The notes: generated by a model from the letters alone, not told the origin. DNA of 64,000 bases from Octopus sinensis (GCF_006345805.1 NC_043003.1:36766001-36830000), one strand, 5' to 3'; positions 13,770 through 27,454 are shown, counted from the stretch's first letter. Translations and numbers: made by a program.

Positions 13770-15260
13770 ACACATACCTACACAATCTATTTTATACAAA
13801 TAACCGAAGCTTAGTGACCATCAAAAATTAAATGTTTTTTTCTACATGTGTTCACAAATACACAAAATGGCAACATTCATCTAAATTAATAGCTGGGAGT
13901 TGCAGTAAAAAAGTGACAGGATTATTTCCAATTGTTAATAAATAACAAAAAAAACAACGGTTATTTTAATTTGGATATATGTAAATATTTTTATATCATG
14001 TATTATCAGTAGTTTTTCAAAGAATTAACAGATGGTTTTCATTATGTTATTACCGGGACTGAGTTAGTTCATTATTGAGTTAAGTATTGGAATAAGTGAA
14101 AAATCTTTTATCTATTTAGATATTAAACAATTAGGGTGGTAACACTTGAGAGGGACAGAAAGAGAATGCACGTTCTAGAAAAGACGAAGACGAGTATATC
14201 TTTACTAGTGAATATTTGAAAAAGAGACTCATATTTCTTTATCAGTATGTTGAGTAATAATTTTAAGAATAATATAAAAGTATTATATCGCTAAAATAAT
14301 CTATATATGAAATATTTTACTGGTTGTTTCGTAAGTGAATATATGAGTAAATAAATATATAACCAAACTTTAAAATATTTTATCATGGAGAATTTATGCG
14401 TGGCAAATAAAAAGGACCAGTAAAGAACGAAAAAATAGACGAGTTATGTTGGTTACGATAAAGGAGACAAAAAACAGTTGAAAACGTAGTGCGTTGAGGT
14501 GTGAGTTTTATAACATGGAATTCCTTATTGTTAAATATATGTATCATTAATAATCGTGTATAATGGTATTGCTGGTGACATGAGATTAACATGATGAAAA
14601 TTGTAGTTGCTTATACAAGTACTGAAAGGATTAGTGTGATAAATACACAAATAAATATAAATTGATTTACGATAAGTAATTAAAGAAAAAGAAAGATATA
14701 TAAATATGATTTATTTATAAATAAGACTGAACGTTAACACATAAAGACTTGTGTAAACATAAATTTACTATAAATATGGGGAAGAAATGAATACACTTGG
14801 AAACGTGTAGCAGCTAAACCAAACTGGATATTCATCAGAAATTCCATACGCTGGAAGTTAATGAATTATTGGGAGTTAAAATGAAATAATTTATTTATAC
14901 ATTAATTTAAAGAATGGTTGCAAGGAACTAAAGGTTCAGCGGTTTGAGTTATAAAAGTTCAATCAAAGGCGTTAGTTGCTTGGAGAATGAATTTATTAAA
15001 ATTTAATAATATTGGTAGCTAGTGGTATAACTGGTTATATATTGAAGTTAATAAAGGGTATCCATATGTGTTTGTGTGTGTGTGGGGGGGTGAAAATTTA
15101 TTTCCATATATTATATATGTGCATATATTTACACAGGCACACACACACATACATAAACACACACAAACACACACACGCGAATATATTTATATACTTATGT
15201 ATATATATATATATATAGATAGATATTTTTTCCTACATATGTGTGTGTGTATACATATAA

Positions 15261-15297
<37 letters not shown>

Positions 15298-15319
15298 CAT
15301 ATTCGTATATATAGATATA

Positions 15320-15470
15320 ATTCCGCTAAGGTCGACTTTGCCTTTCATCCTTTCGGGGTCGATAAATAAAGTACCATTTTCGCACTGGGGTCAATGTAAT
15401 CGATTTAATCCGTTTGTCTGTCCTTGTTTGTCCCCTCTATGTTTAGCCCCTTGTGGGTAGTATAGAAATA
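15320..15470 (+). mobile_element. SINE family B (AGGTCGACTTTGCCTTTCATCCTTTCGGGGTCGATAAA core), 5' truncated
   Basis: Matches copies at 42326-42545 and 63503-63731. Confidence 0.85.
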
Positions 15471-15649
15471 TATATAGGTATAATTCTTTGTCATTTAAAT
15501 CTTAGGCACCACCGCAAAGGACAAGTCTTTCAATTTGTATGGCCGTAGTACATTAACAGCTTGAAGGAAACAATTCGTTTACTTCTCTTCCATTTTCCTT
15601 TACGCTACCGACGCTCCAGCATTACATTTCTACGTGTAACGAACAAGAA

Positions 15650-16400
15650 AACGAGATTTAAAAATCTTGTCTTGCAAGGAATCTGTTCTTTGGTCAGCCA
15701 CATCGAACGTTGGCAGTCATATGCAACTTAATAATGTAGCAGGTCCGTTCTATGATCAAGAAATCTATGTTTTTGTATAGCATGTTGATTGTCATTTAAA
15801 CAATAAACTATGATAGGTATATACCTAGGCTGAGTTGTCATTTTTGCTTTCGTCAGTGTCAACATAATATCTGTAAACAAATGTGTATGAGTTGTATGTA
15901 TGTTTGTCCGTTTGTAAGATCTTTGAAAGATTTGGATGACACTGCATTACCATAATTGCTGCCAGTTTCAACAACCCCCTTTCAGACGGCTCTCCATTAG
16001 AAATTGGTGTAAAGCAGGGCTGTGTTATCTCTCCTCTCTTCATTACATCTTTGCCATGAATGCTCATTTGAGTTGTAGAACACAGCAATGAGGAATATTG
16101 CCTTTATATCTGCATCTGTAACAAGAGTAGCCAACTAAATTCGAGACACACTTCTACAGCAAAGCACTGGAGCAGCTAAACCGGGAGATAGTCGTTGCCT
16201 AAGAACACACGCTGCTCGCTTAGATTCAACCCGGCTTTCATTTCTTTCTTTCGAATGATGATATGCACCCTGAAAAATTGTCAATTTCAAGGGAATGAAG
16301 AGGTTGAAGAATATTCGCCTCAAAATGAATTGCAGGACGCATTCCAATATTGGTTTCAGTTTGGCGCAAGGACAACAGTTTCGGGGGAAAAGTTAAGTGG
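15650..16400 (+). mobile_element. RTE-clade LINE, degraded RT core
   Basis: KIFERFG* and SDGSPLEIGVKQGCVISPLF (GVKQGC motif), with a GATGAT (ADD-like) remnant near 16257. Confidence 0.7.
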
Positions 16401-16419
16401 ATTACATTGACTCTAGTGC

Positions 16420-16570
16420 TCAACTACTCAACTAGTACTTTGCCTTTCGTCCTTTCAGGGACGAAAGGCGAAGTTGACCTCGACGGTATCTGAACTCAAC
16501 GTAAAGAAGGGCGAAATGCCGGTTGGCATTTTGCCTGGCGTGTTAATGATTCTGCCTGTTCGACGCCCGA
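16420..16570 (-). mobile_element. SINE family B, rearranged copy
   Basis: GAAAGGCGAAGTTGACCTCGACGGTATCTGAACTCAACGTAAAGAAGGGCGAAATGCC is the reverse complement of the family B head and body. Confidence 0.7.
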
Positions 16571-19376
16571 CGGCGCGTTCTAATATTGAAAAGTCGTTAA
16601 GAGGGCTGTATCACCACTGAGAAAACCAATTTTGAAGGATAAAATCTGAATGAATTGCAAAAATTGGAAGTGAAATGTTATTTTCTAAAGGTAACTTCTC
16701 TCTCTACAATCCTTGCGCTTGTTTGTATGTATGTGTCCGTGTTGTGTGTGTGTCTGTGTCTCTGTGTGTGTGTGCGCGTCTGTGTCTGTGTGTTTGTGTA
16801 CGTGTGTATTTATGTGTGTTTGTGGCCAATGGTTAAGTAATACGTTTCACATCCAGGATGTTATTTTTTTATTTTTTACCGCCGTATGACATTTTAGGCA
16901 AACGTCGTTTTCTCTAGTCCAGTGTCGACACATAGCCTATGAGTGAAATTCATCGGATGTAAGCCTGTCGGGTGAATTGCAACTGTTATTCGAACGGAAC
17001 GCCCTTGTCACAAATTGTGTCACGCCAATTACGCCCGAGATTTACTTTTAAATGTAAAAGTGTTTCTGGAATACTCACACACTTCCGTATAAAGTCAAGA
17101 TAATTTGATAGAACAATGTAAATCCTTATATCTCTGTCGAACAACGGAGATACACGCCATTACCATAATATATATGCATATATATATATGGTGTGTGTGT
17201 GTGTGTTTGTGCGTAAGTGTATGTGTGTGCGTGTGTTCTATTAAATCTTTAAGCTAATACCTTTTTTGATAAAACTTTTGCCTCCTGTGCTGTCCTTTTC
17301 AGCGTTTATTCTATTTCCACTATGTATATACATACATGCACTCGTACATAGTTCCATACAAACATATATACCTACACACGTACGTATCTGCATATAAGCG
17401 TACGTACATAAATGATAAGAGCATGGAAATGTGTGGCATGCTCTCAAGTGGTTATATAAACCGATCCTTGATACTACAAGTCTTTTCTTCTTGGCTGCGC
17501 TTAGTGGTTTTGAAGCGAGTGACAGTTCTCGTAATCAGAATCCACTCATTAGACTTGGAGGTCAGATATAGTGGCCCAACGGGCTAGGACAGCTGTTGTG
17601 TCCAGCCACCTTTAGAGTGGTCTTCTAGATAAATTTCGTCACACGGATGGAGAACTCCAATTAGACTGGAGTTACTGAAAGGGTATTAAAGAGAGTACCG
17701 GACCATCTGAGGGATTATATACCGTTATTTACTGTCGGAGTTTACTCCTTTAACCTTTTCCGCTCTCAATACACTCTCAAAGCAGTGCGATTTCCCTCTT
17801 GGTATTTACTCCATATCATGTAGATTAAGCCATAGCATACACACAAACTTGCCTACATATACTCATATACAATTCCATTCGGAAAAGAAAGTGATTTGGA
17901 ATAAGCAAAGTGAATCCCTCTGTTATCGAGTACGTACACAAATGCCAACACAACTAATACTGGTGGAACATTCTCATTACAACATCTGTCAGGCAGCATA
18001 TTGTTGTTTGGTACAGACAAGAAAATGTATGTACTGTCATAGAGGTCAGCTCACCTGCTCATGTGAAGTATCTCTTTAAAAATCAAAGAGAAATAAGATA
18101 ACTATGGATAACTACTTCGAAACATCCAGCTTCATTATCCGGTTTACAAATTTACATTTATACCAATAATTATTAGAGAACATGGTTTTGTATGGAAATA
18201 CCTGTCAGTCTGGATAAGCTTGGATTTTCAGAAAAAGGAAATAAAATGGCGGTGCCCCAGCATGGCCACAGCTCATAAGCTGAAACTGGAAAAATCAAAA
18301 TCAAAAAATCAAAACCACCCGATTCGCTTGTTATCTTTAGATTTAAAAAAAAAACCACCTCTTTCAAAAAAAAACTGTGTCTATTCACTGCTCATATAAT
18401 TTTAATTGATCGAATATTTCCATCTCACTTTATTTCATATGTGAGACCCATTGCGTTTCTATTTGGCTTACAGAAACCCTATTAAAATATAGTTCCCCTG
18501 TGCCGTATTTTCTATCTTCTATATATTCTGTAATGACAATAAAAACTGCAGCTAAGCGAAATATTTCCAGCCTTTTACCGAGATCGAAACTGCATTTAGT
18601 ATTTATCGAAGTAAGTGTCTGAGTACTCGGTAAGCAAATCGAGGCGAGTGTTATTAGCCCGAGGTCGTATGAAAGCACATATCACCTTGCTTTTGTAGTG
18701 GTGTCTACTACGTCTATATTAATGAAAGTATGTGAGAAGGACATCGCCGAATCATATGTTGTTGCTGAATACTTTTATAATGTAAAGACGCCTCAGAAGA
18801 AAAAAATATGATAAAGAGAAACTAAAAGGAGGAACGTGCGATAAGATGAGGGGTTGGTCTTAAGTCTTGCTATCTATAAAGTGTGAAACTCAGTGTTGTG
18901 CAGAATCCGTAAGTACTTCACACAATGAACCAATCTTCAATCAATCATTTCATGCATATTTTACATAACACTAAAGGGACACACAGTGTATACAATTTGT
19001 TAAGATTAGTTCTTCTTAGCCAATGAAATCAACTGACTATATTCATGTCGCTTTAAGGATCTTTATCATATTACACGAATGTCATACATTGATAAACATA
19101 TACGAAATACAAATTTCATTACTATCTCACCTTCCTTCTATAGCAAACTCAGACACTAAAGGACATAATTAAGCAACTACTATATGTATATATAATTCAT
19201 GATTAGCATTAAACTCTCTATAAGAGAGTAACTGTGACATAATTAATTGTGTCGACATCAGCATTGTACTGAAACTAAATATATTGATTTAGTCAAAGAC
19301 CTAACGTCATGAACATTCATTTCAACAAACTTGCATAAATGTGTGCAAATATGTGTGTGTATATGTATGTATATAT

Positions 19377-19450
<74 letters not shown>

Positions 19451-20057
19451 AAGGAGAGAGACATACATAAATATATATGGATATATGCATATGCATATGC
19501 ATATATATATATTTGTATGTATGTAGGTATGTATTTATGTGAGTATATGTGTGTGTGAGAGTGTGGGAGTATAAACTTATCCGATCGTGTGAATAGATAA
19601 GATAAAAATGCCCACTGGTTATGTGAGCACACACTACAGCAGAATTTACACAAAGAATAAGATTGTGCATATACATTTGAAATGATTGTCAATATATCTA
19701 TTGTACTCACTGAATGACCATACACAACTGAAAAGTTCACAAAGGGTAAATATATGCTTCATTGAATTTACAGCTAGTTGCGGCCTATATTTCACAGCAA
19801 TATTCGTCTACACATTTTAGTTGTTAAATTGCAAATACACGTATAGTAATGTCTTAATATAAGTTTTAAGCAAGATTTTCATTTGTTTCTACAGTTAGAA
19901 TATAACGCTTTTGTCTCGGTTTCGACGTGTGAACGTCTATTTCTTTCATCAAGTCTGCAACCTGGTCATTGACGTAACTGTCTGTGTACAACTATATGGT
20001 TACTTATACATTAATTCATGGGACACACACACACGCGTACATATACACACATATATA

Positions 20058-20220
20058 CGGGAGGATGCTAAAAATTTCGCTTAAAGGGTGTCGTGAAAAG
20101 CCTGGCTGGAAGCTCAATATTCCGAGTTCTTTTACAGGGCTTAGAAAAGCTGAAGGCCCGCTGTAATAAGTGTGTACCTCTGAGAATTGTCCAAAGCCAG
20201 GACGTTTTCAGCATCCCGCC

Positions 20221-20223
<3 letters not shown>
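20058..20223. mobile_element. Small mariner-type MITE
   Basis: Imperfect terminal inverted repeats (GGATGCTAAAAA...TTTTCAGCATCC, plus CCTGGCT/AGCCAGG) with TA on both sides. Confidence 0.5.
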
Positions 20224-20265
<42 letters not shown>

Positions 20266-20305
20266 TTATTGAATGGAAGAAATGGAGTTGAACGAAGATT
20301 GTACA

Positions 20306-20418
20306 GAATTCCTTTTATTACATTCTACACATGTTTCAAAGGCCACAAATTTCCAAATTCTGATTAAATAAGGGTACCATATTGTGGCTTTCTCATCAGG
20401 AAAAAACAGGAATTCCGT
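20306..20418 (-). ncRNA. Type I hammerhead ribozyme (candidate), in a probable Penelope-like pLTR (about 20250-20640)
   Basis: Minus strand: TTC-CTGATGA-GAAAGCCACAA...TTGTGGCCTTT-GAAAC-ATGT-GTA^GAA. The core is canonical, stem II is 11 bp with one A.C mismatch, and distal stem I pairs GAATTCCT/AGGAATTC. Confidence 0.75.
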
Positions 20419-20956
20419 TGACAGAACAAAACAGAACAGAAGCGCAGCAATTCGAACGAGGAGGCTCTTTAAGAGCCCATGGCTGAACTGTTTATCAATG
20501 TACGCTGAAATCGGGGATTTGGTGCGTTGAAGATATCTACAGGTCAGGCGGCGGTCAGTTCTAGTGGGTGAGAGCAAGGGGAGTGGAGATGTTCTGTGTG
20601 ACCAACTCTAATGTTCTGAATAATTTAAGAATACTAGGTGTATTTTTGGGGGCGAGACAAAAAACTACCTAAAAACTACCTAAAATTTTGATACGACACA
20701 TGTCTTCAACGGTTTTTCGTATAAGCTGACGAGACAATTTGAGTTTAACCCTAGGTGCAGTAAGATCTACTGAGAGAATTGAGATACTCTGCCTCAGAAT
20801 TCGAAATCACCTGATATGAGTATATCTGCTACTTCAGTATATCTGCTACTCCCTCGTTAAAATATTTGTGGCTGATTCGTTTTGACTCTTATTTCTAGCA
20901 ATGCTGAGACCATTTTGTAACCTTGTCAATCTAGTGACGTTTCTATATAAATATAT

Positions 20957-20994
<38 letters not shown>

Positions 20995-21034
20995 AGTGTG
21001 TATGTGTATGTGTGAATGTGTGTGTGTGTGTATG

Positions 21035-21215
21035 TATAATTCTAAAGAATATTGTTGAGTGACTCAGAAGTTTCGGACAGTGAGGCCATCGTCGGACTAT
21101 TTAAGAATAATAAATTTGTACTCTAAAAAATTATAGACCAGGACATCGGAATAATGTAACTTTCCTTTTATTCTAACTGAAAATACAACCAAACATTTAC
21201 TCAAATACACACGAA
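21035..21215 (-). mobile_element. pLTR-like repeat with a slightly mutated hammerhead (21058-21099)
   Basis: Minus strand: AGT-CCGACGA-TGGCCTCACTGTCC-GAAAC-TTCTGA-GTC^ACT. Stem I and the GUC site are intact, while core U4 and stem II are damaged. Confidence 0.5.
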
Positions 21216-21358
21216 TATATTTATATATATGTATATATACACATACATAGATATATAAATATATATGTATTTATACACACAGACACACATACACACGCAC
21301 ATATATATATATGTATATATGCACACACGCACATATTATATATATATATATACATATA

Positions 21359-21408
<50 letters not shown>

Positions 21409-21777
21409 ATGGTAAGACAACAAAAGAATGAAAGAGATGTCAATATTATGTAAATGGAGGAATTTATCTGTAATTTAATATTCGGTTACCATAATACATA
21501 ATAAAACTTCGAGTTTCGGATGTCCGGTTGGAAATACATAAATCAAAAAATATATATTTTTATAAAACACATAACTGATAACTAGATCTCAAAAAGTATA
21601 TAATATAATAAGTAAAAAACTACGTACGTTTCATGGCTACAATTAAATTCGAATTACAATTAAGTTTAAATTCAATTGAAATAAAAATTATAGTCAATCT
21701 TCAGGTTAATGATAGTAATTAAATAAGCAGAGTTAAACAATATTTATTTAAGAATATTATATATATATAAGTAAGTG

Positions 21778-22085
21778 GAGGCACATGGCCTAGTGGCTAG
21801 AGCGGCGGACTCGCGGTCGAGGTATTGCGGTTTCGAATCTCAGACCGGGCGATGTGTGTGCTTATGAGCGAAGCACCTAAGCTCCACGAGGCTCCGGCAG
21901 AAGGTAATGGCGAAGCTTCCGCTGACTCTTTCGACACAACTTTCTCTCACTCTTTCATCCTGCATCTTGCAGCTCACTTGCGACGGACCGGTGTCCCGTT
22001 CAGGTGGGGGAACCTATACGCCAAGAAACCAGGAAACCGGCCCTTATGAGCCAGGCATGGCTCGAGAAGGAACAAACAAAAACAA
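21778..22085 (+). mobile_element. tRNA-derived SINE family C (variant body)
   Basis: A-box TGGCCTAGTGG and B-box-like GTTTCGAATC. The head is homologous to 31043-31160, and the tail is A-rich. Confidence 0.85.
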
Positions 22086-22859
22086 AAAATAAATATGTAA
22101 GACAAAACTTACGTTTGGTGTTTTCCGCCCTCTTTTAAAAACTAAATCATATCGAATTGTTAATATACGTCGATATTACGACTTTCAAGATATGTGAAAT
22201 TCATCGAACATTCGAACTTGAACTGTGAAAATTTTGGAATACCGGAATTTGGATGAACAAGTCATTTCCTAAGAATGCTTTTCCGAATCTCTCTAAAAAA
22301 GACTTTTTTATTTACCATTAAAAAACATTGGACCATCGAAACCGTTTTGGTAATTTAATAAATTTCTTACGCTCTTTAAAAGCAAAAACACGGTTTAAGT
22401 TTCGGATGCATTTTCGACCTCTCACCACCAAAAAATTCTCCAATATAAGTAGGTCGGGTGATCGTGCATGTGCATTTGTTCTCATATAACTGTAACTGTT
22501 ATGCTGCGGCACGCTGGCTTTCCATGATACGATGTTAAGTGTGCCGCAGTGTAACCTAAATATAATTTTTCCCTTTTAGTTATATTTTTAGTTCAGGTGT
22601 GCCGCCCAATTTTGAAAAAATATAAGGGTACCACAAGTGTAAAAAGGTTGCAGAGCACTGCTCTAAATCTCTCTCTCTCTCTCTCTCTCTCTCCCTCTCT
22701 CTCTCTCTCTCTTTCACCATACATAATAAGCCCAGGACTTAAATGTCCAGTGTATTCTTCTACATGTTTAACTCCTTAGGGTGCATTACAACGGAAATGT
22801 GGTTGCTATTTCGAGCAGGCCATTCAACTGCGTAGACGATCGTAAGTTGGTATTCGCGG

Positions 22860-23935
22860 AGTAGAGGCAGCGGCGGTGGCGGCAGCGGCGGTGGCGGTGG
22901 CGGTGGTGGTGGTGGCGGTGGTGGTGGCGGCGGCGGCGGCGTTGTGCATAGTGCCATTGCTGTTATTGCTTGTTATCATATTGCAACTGGTATAGGTGAC
23001 ATCATCAGCATGGTGTTGTTGTTACTGCTGCCGCAGCTATGACTGAGATTGGTTCAGCTGCTGATGATGATGGTGATATTCATGATGATGGTGGGGATGC
23101 GGGGGTGATGGTGGTGGTGGCAGTGGTGGTGGTGGTGGTAGTGGTTGTTGTGGTGGCAGTGGTACTAGTAGTGGTGGTGATGGTGGTATTGGTTGTGGTG
23201 GTGGTGGTGGTGGTGGTGGTGGTGGTGGTGATACCGATGGTAGTGATGGTAGATGGTGCGATGAAAATAAAACAAGATAACGATGGTGATGGAGAAGGTT
23301 GTGGTGGTAGTGGTGGTGGTGGCGGTGGTGCTGCTGCTACATTCAGTGATAAGGGTGATGGGGTTGGTGGTGACGGTGGTAGTAGTGGTGGTAATGATGA
23401 CGATAATGATGTTGGTGGCGATGATGACGGTGATAGTTACATCTGTCAAAATGCTACGTGTGTTACCGTATATTTGGTCTTTCCACGACCTTTCTCCTGG
23501 GCCAACAAATCAAATAGAGGAACAGCAGCAGCAGCAGAAGAAGAAGGAACAATAACACTATTAGCAACATCAACAACAACAGTAACAACAATAGGAACAA
23601 CAAAAGTGATAGCATCAGTTTCGACAACCATAGTAACAATAACATCATGAATATTAGCAACAACGGCAGCTTCAAATTTACTGCCATCACAATCGCTATC
23701 ATCATCCTCATCATCATCATCATCATCATCAACATCATACCCAACAGCATCATCATCATTATCATTTCCACTGCCCTCAACATCCTCATTATCATCACTA
23801 CTGCCATAAACGTCGTAGTCATCATCGTCATCAGTATCATTCTCATCATCATCCTCATCATCCTCATCATCATCATCATCATCATCATCATTGTTAACAT
23901 CACCACCAACATCTTTGTTAAGATCCTCATCACCC
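22860..23935. repeat. Compound trinucleotide low-complexity region: (GGC/GGT/GAT)n followed by (CAG/CAA/CAT)n
   Basis: Direct reading. The overlapping long ORFs are homopolymeric translations. Confidence 0.95.
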
Positions 23936-24305
23936 ATTTACCATCTGAAGGCTAAAGTTAGCATGATCCGGTAACACTTCAATTCTATCTACTCCTGCAA
24001 ATTGTCACTTCTTTTGAAACAAAATACAAAAAAAAAAAGGATGAATACTTAGTTCCATAGTTCTCAAAGTTATACCGTGAAATACTTCTTGGCACTTGTA
24101 TGAGATAAAGACACAAGACATTCACCGACCACTAATTGGTCAACCGGGAGCTCAAACAACAACATCCTATAATAGCTTTAAATTGCAGAAAAACCTCTGG
24201 GTCAAAAATCTTACAAGATTAATTGGTTTGAGTTCCACCAAAACTTTATCATGAAACTGAACATATTAAATGCCTCAGAATCTTCTTATTCTCTTCTTTC
24301 TTGCT

Positions 24306-24383
<78 letters not shown>

Positions 24384-24550
24384 CTCTCTCTCTCTTTCTC
24401 TCTCTCTTCGTTTTCCTTTGTCCTATTTTTTTCTATTTTCCCTCTCGTTTATCAGTATTCTACTACAACAACAAGTACTGTTACCACTATCTCAACTACT
24501 ACAACCACCACTATAATTATTATTAATATTATTATTATTATTATTATTAT

Positions 24551-25017
24551 TCAGTAGTTTTATTTTTATAGCGTGCTTTCACTTCACTACCGAGCGCAGC
24601 TCTGTGTGCCTTGGGTATGTGCTGTGATTTGTTGTGATGCTCTGATGGTTATCGTATGGAAAGTGTTCTGCGTAGGATGTGTGCAGTGCCTAGTAGTGCA
24701 ATTTTCTGTATGTTATAAGCGTTTGTAAGTCCTGGTGTTTTTGTTATGTATTTGTCTGAATATTTTTTATCATGCCTAATGCACATACTATGATAAGAAT
24801 TGTTTCTGTTTTTAGATTTCACATTCTGGTTACCTCTATTTCCAGGTCTTTGTATTTTGAAAGTTTCTCCATTTCTTTTAGAGACACGTTATCATCTGCC
24901 GGTATTGATACATCAATTAGAAAGCACTTTTTTTCTTCATAATCTCTGACAACTATATTTGGTCTGTTGGCCTTAATTTCTCTATCTGTGTGTATCGGCA
25001 TATCCCAGAGTATGCTC
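24551..25017 (-). mobile_element. R4/Dong-clade non-LTR retrotransposon, 5'-truncated 3' end (restriction-like endonuclease plus UTR)
   Basis: ILWDMPIHTDREIKANRPNIVVRDYEEKKCFLIDVSIP..EKLSKYKDL. It is closely similar to 41448-41898, and its 3' end abuts (TAA)n. Confidence 0.9.
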
Positions 25018-25019
25018 TT

Positions 25020-25130
25020 AATCCTTTCGGGGCCTATAAATTAAGTACCAGTTAGGCACTGGGGTCGATATAATCGACTAACCCCCTCACTCAAAATTTC
25101 AGGCTGTGCACCTATACTAGAAAGTTTTAT
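25020..25130 (+). mobile_element. SINE family B, 3' fragment
   Basis: CCTTTCGGGGCCTATAAATTAAGTACCAG...GGGGTCGATATAATCGACT. Confidence 0.7.
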
Positions 25131-25139
25131 TATTATTAC

Positions 25140-25399
25140 TACTACTAGAATTAGTTTTACCATAGTTGTTGTAGTCGCAGTTGTGGTGGTGGTGGGAGTG
25201 ATAGTGGTGGTGGTGATGGTGTTGGTGGTGCTGTTATTGGTGGTGGTGGTGGTGGTGGTTGTGGAGGTGGTTGTGGTGGGGGTGAAGGTGGTGGTGGATA
25301 TTGGTGGAGGTGATGCTGGTGGTGGTGGAAGTAGTGGTCGTCGTCGTCGTCACCGTCGTCATTATCATCGTTGTAGTGGTGGCTGTAGTTGTTATTGGT

Positions 25400-25437
<38 letters not shown>

Positions 25438-25500
25438 TTGTGGTGGTGGTAGTGGTGGTGGTGTTTCAAAGGTGGTATTAGTTTTAGTCCTACTAATACT
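25140..25500. repeat. (GGT)/(AGT)/(CGT) trinucleotide low-complexity block
   Basis: Direct reading. Confidence 0.9.
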
Positions 25501-27454
25501 AATATTAGTACTAACACTAATCCTACTCCCACACCTACTGGAACTTGCTATAGAAGCCATCATTTTGATCTCCTGTATTATTTCAAAGAATTCAACGAAT
25601 GACATGCTGATCTGAACGAAATACGCCCTTTGGTGGGTTCTTTTGCTGGTAATAGAAGAAAATGAAAAGACATTTAATTTGCTGGAAGAACTTTTCTTTC
25701 GCAGTAAATCTTTTCAAATTTAGTGACTAAGGCAGTACAAGACCCATAAACTTTCAGAACTGAAAGAAAAGAAACGTAAGTATAATACAGTATTTTACTT
25801 TTAAAACTACACAAGAAATGCAATTTTCTAAAGAAAGTACATCTTGAACTAAGATATATATATAGTGTTGAGGTAATATTTAACGGGGAAAAAACAACAA
25901 AATTCTGTTTCATTTTTTATTGCTAGAAACAGGAAAATTTTAAAAGTGAGTTAATGGCGGAGAAAGGACACGTTGGTGCAAATGTATCACCGAAACAAAT
26001 GCTTCATTACTAGGGACTCTTATACATGATCGACAAACTAGGAGAGTAAGTTTATTCTGTTTTGTAAACGAAATAGTGATTGCTTCACTTGTTTACCAAA
26101 TATTTGCTCGGGAGGTATTAGTATGACTTCAAAATTCGAATGCCACTCCACTAACAAAGAGACTTCTACAAACACAATTCAGTGATGCATCCTGCAATGA
26201 GTCTAGAAAAGAAAGCAATGCGATTTGCAATGAAGGAGGAAAAATGCAGCTGTTAAAAATGTGGTAGTATGTGCGATGTAAGACAATCAGATATGCAAAT
26301 AGCATGTGACAGATATTAAGAGCGTCGGAAGACAGTAAAACCAGCGTGGAGATGAGCAGATCTTCGAGGAAGATCTAACACGATGCGTCGTGTGACTAGT
26401 GAGACTAGGGTGCAAAGTCTGAAATCAAGAGGCCAATTCTCTCACCACAATCAGTGCTATTGCCCACGTTGCCTTGCGAGAATGAAGAAAACATGGAAAG
26501 CCAGCAAGAGCATTAGACTGATGGAGTTAATGCAAAAGACAGATAAAAAGAGCCAGAGAGAGCTTTCTAAAGAATAACCCGAGCAAAAACAGAAAGAACA
26601 AGCGCTAAAATGTTATTTATTCTCAACTGTGCGAAGAAAAAATGCTGTAGTCATGGAAGTAAAAGAAAACAACCTCAAACAAAACAATAATGACCCACTG
26701 CTTCTCGAAGGGGAGAAAATAAAGCATGCAAATTAAAGTCACATTCGAAAAGTCCGGACTTTATGAGGGCTACAGAAAATATGACAATCTGAATGAATCT
26801 AGCAGCGTTGTAAGAAGGCGGGATCCTTAATTCCACTCCCAACCCAAAGATGCACAATGGTATTTTGGGGTACACCAAGTTTTAATGCCCCAAGCAGCAG
26901 AAAGTTTGCCGAGAAAGAGAGACAGAAACAGACAGAGAATATAAAATGTAGGGTAGCAGCTCATCAATACCACGTCAATTTGAAGAGCGCAGTTCATTGC
27001 ACAATGAAATTACTAATACAATACTAAAAGGAACTGAAGTATGTTGAAGAGAGTTGCAAAGTATTGACTCGCGGAAAATGGGTTCCGATTATGAAATGAT
27101 ACAGATAAGAAATTGCTCTAATTTCTTTAGTAATAAAATGTTCAAGAAAATATAGGGCTGTTGAGCGAAATATAGGACGGTGTGAGTTGCAAGGTACTGC
27201 TTCAAACCGAGATAGGTTTGAATTTTTTGGAATATACAAATGACAGTTTACGTGAAATATCTGGCTGGAATTTAGGTGGAACTAATAGATAAGAACTAAG
27301 AAATAAGGAGAAATTTCGTTCCCTGTTCATCATTAACGATTCTCAAGAGCATTTTCATGTATACTCGTCCAGGAAGTGTCAGGAGATAAAAACAGTGAGA
27401 TGGTCTGACACAATCTCCTTCTATATTAGCATATGTGGACGTGGGTTAATGTAA

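Noticed and set aside
19905-19960. Hammerhead on the minus strand (TTGATGA...GACGT/ACGTC-GAAAC)
   Set aside because: Eight extra nucleotides separate the core from the stem, and there is no NUH site.
23039-23955. Long ORFs (203, 163 and 156 aa) as acidic or poly-V proteins
   Set aside because: They are open in several frames on both strands because of trinucleotide composition, with no domain or splice support.
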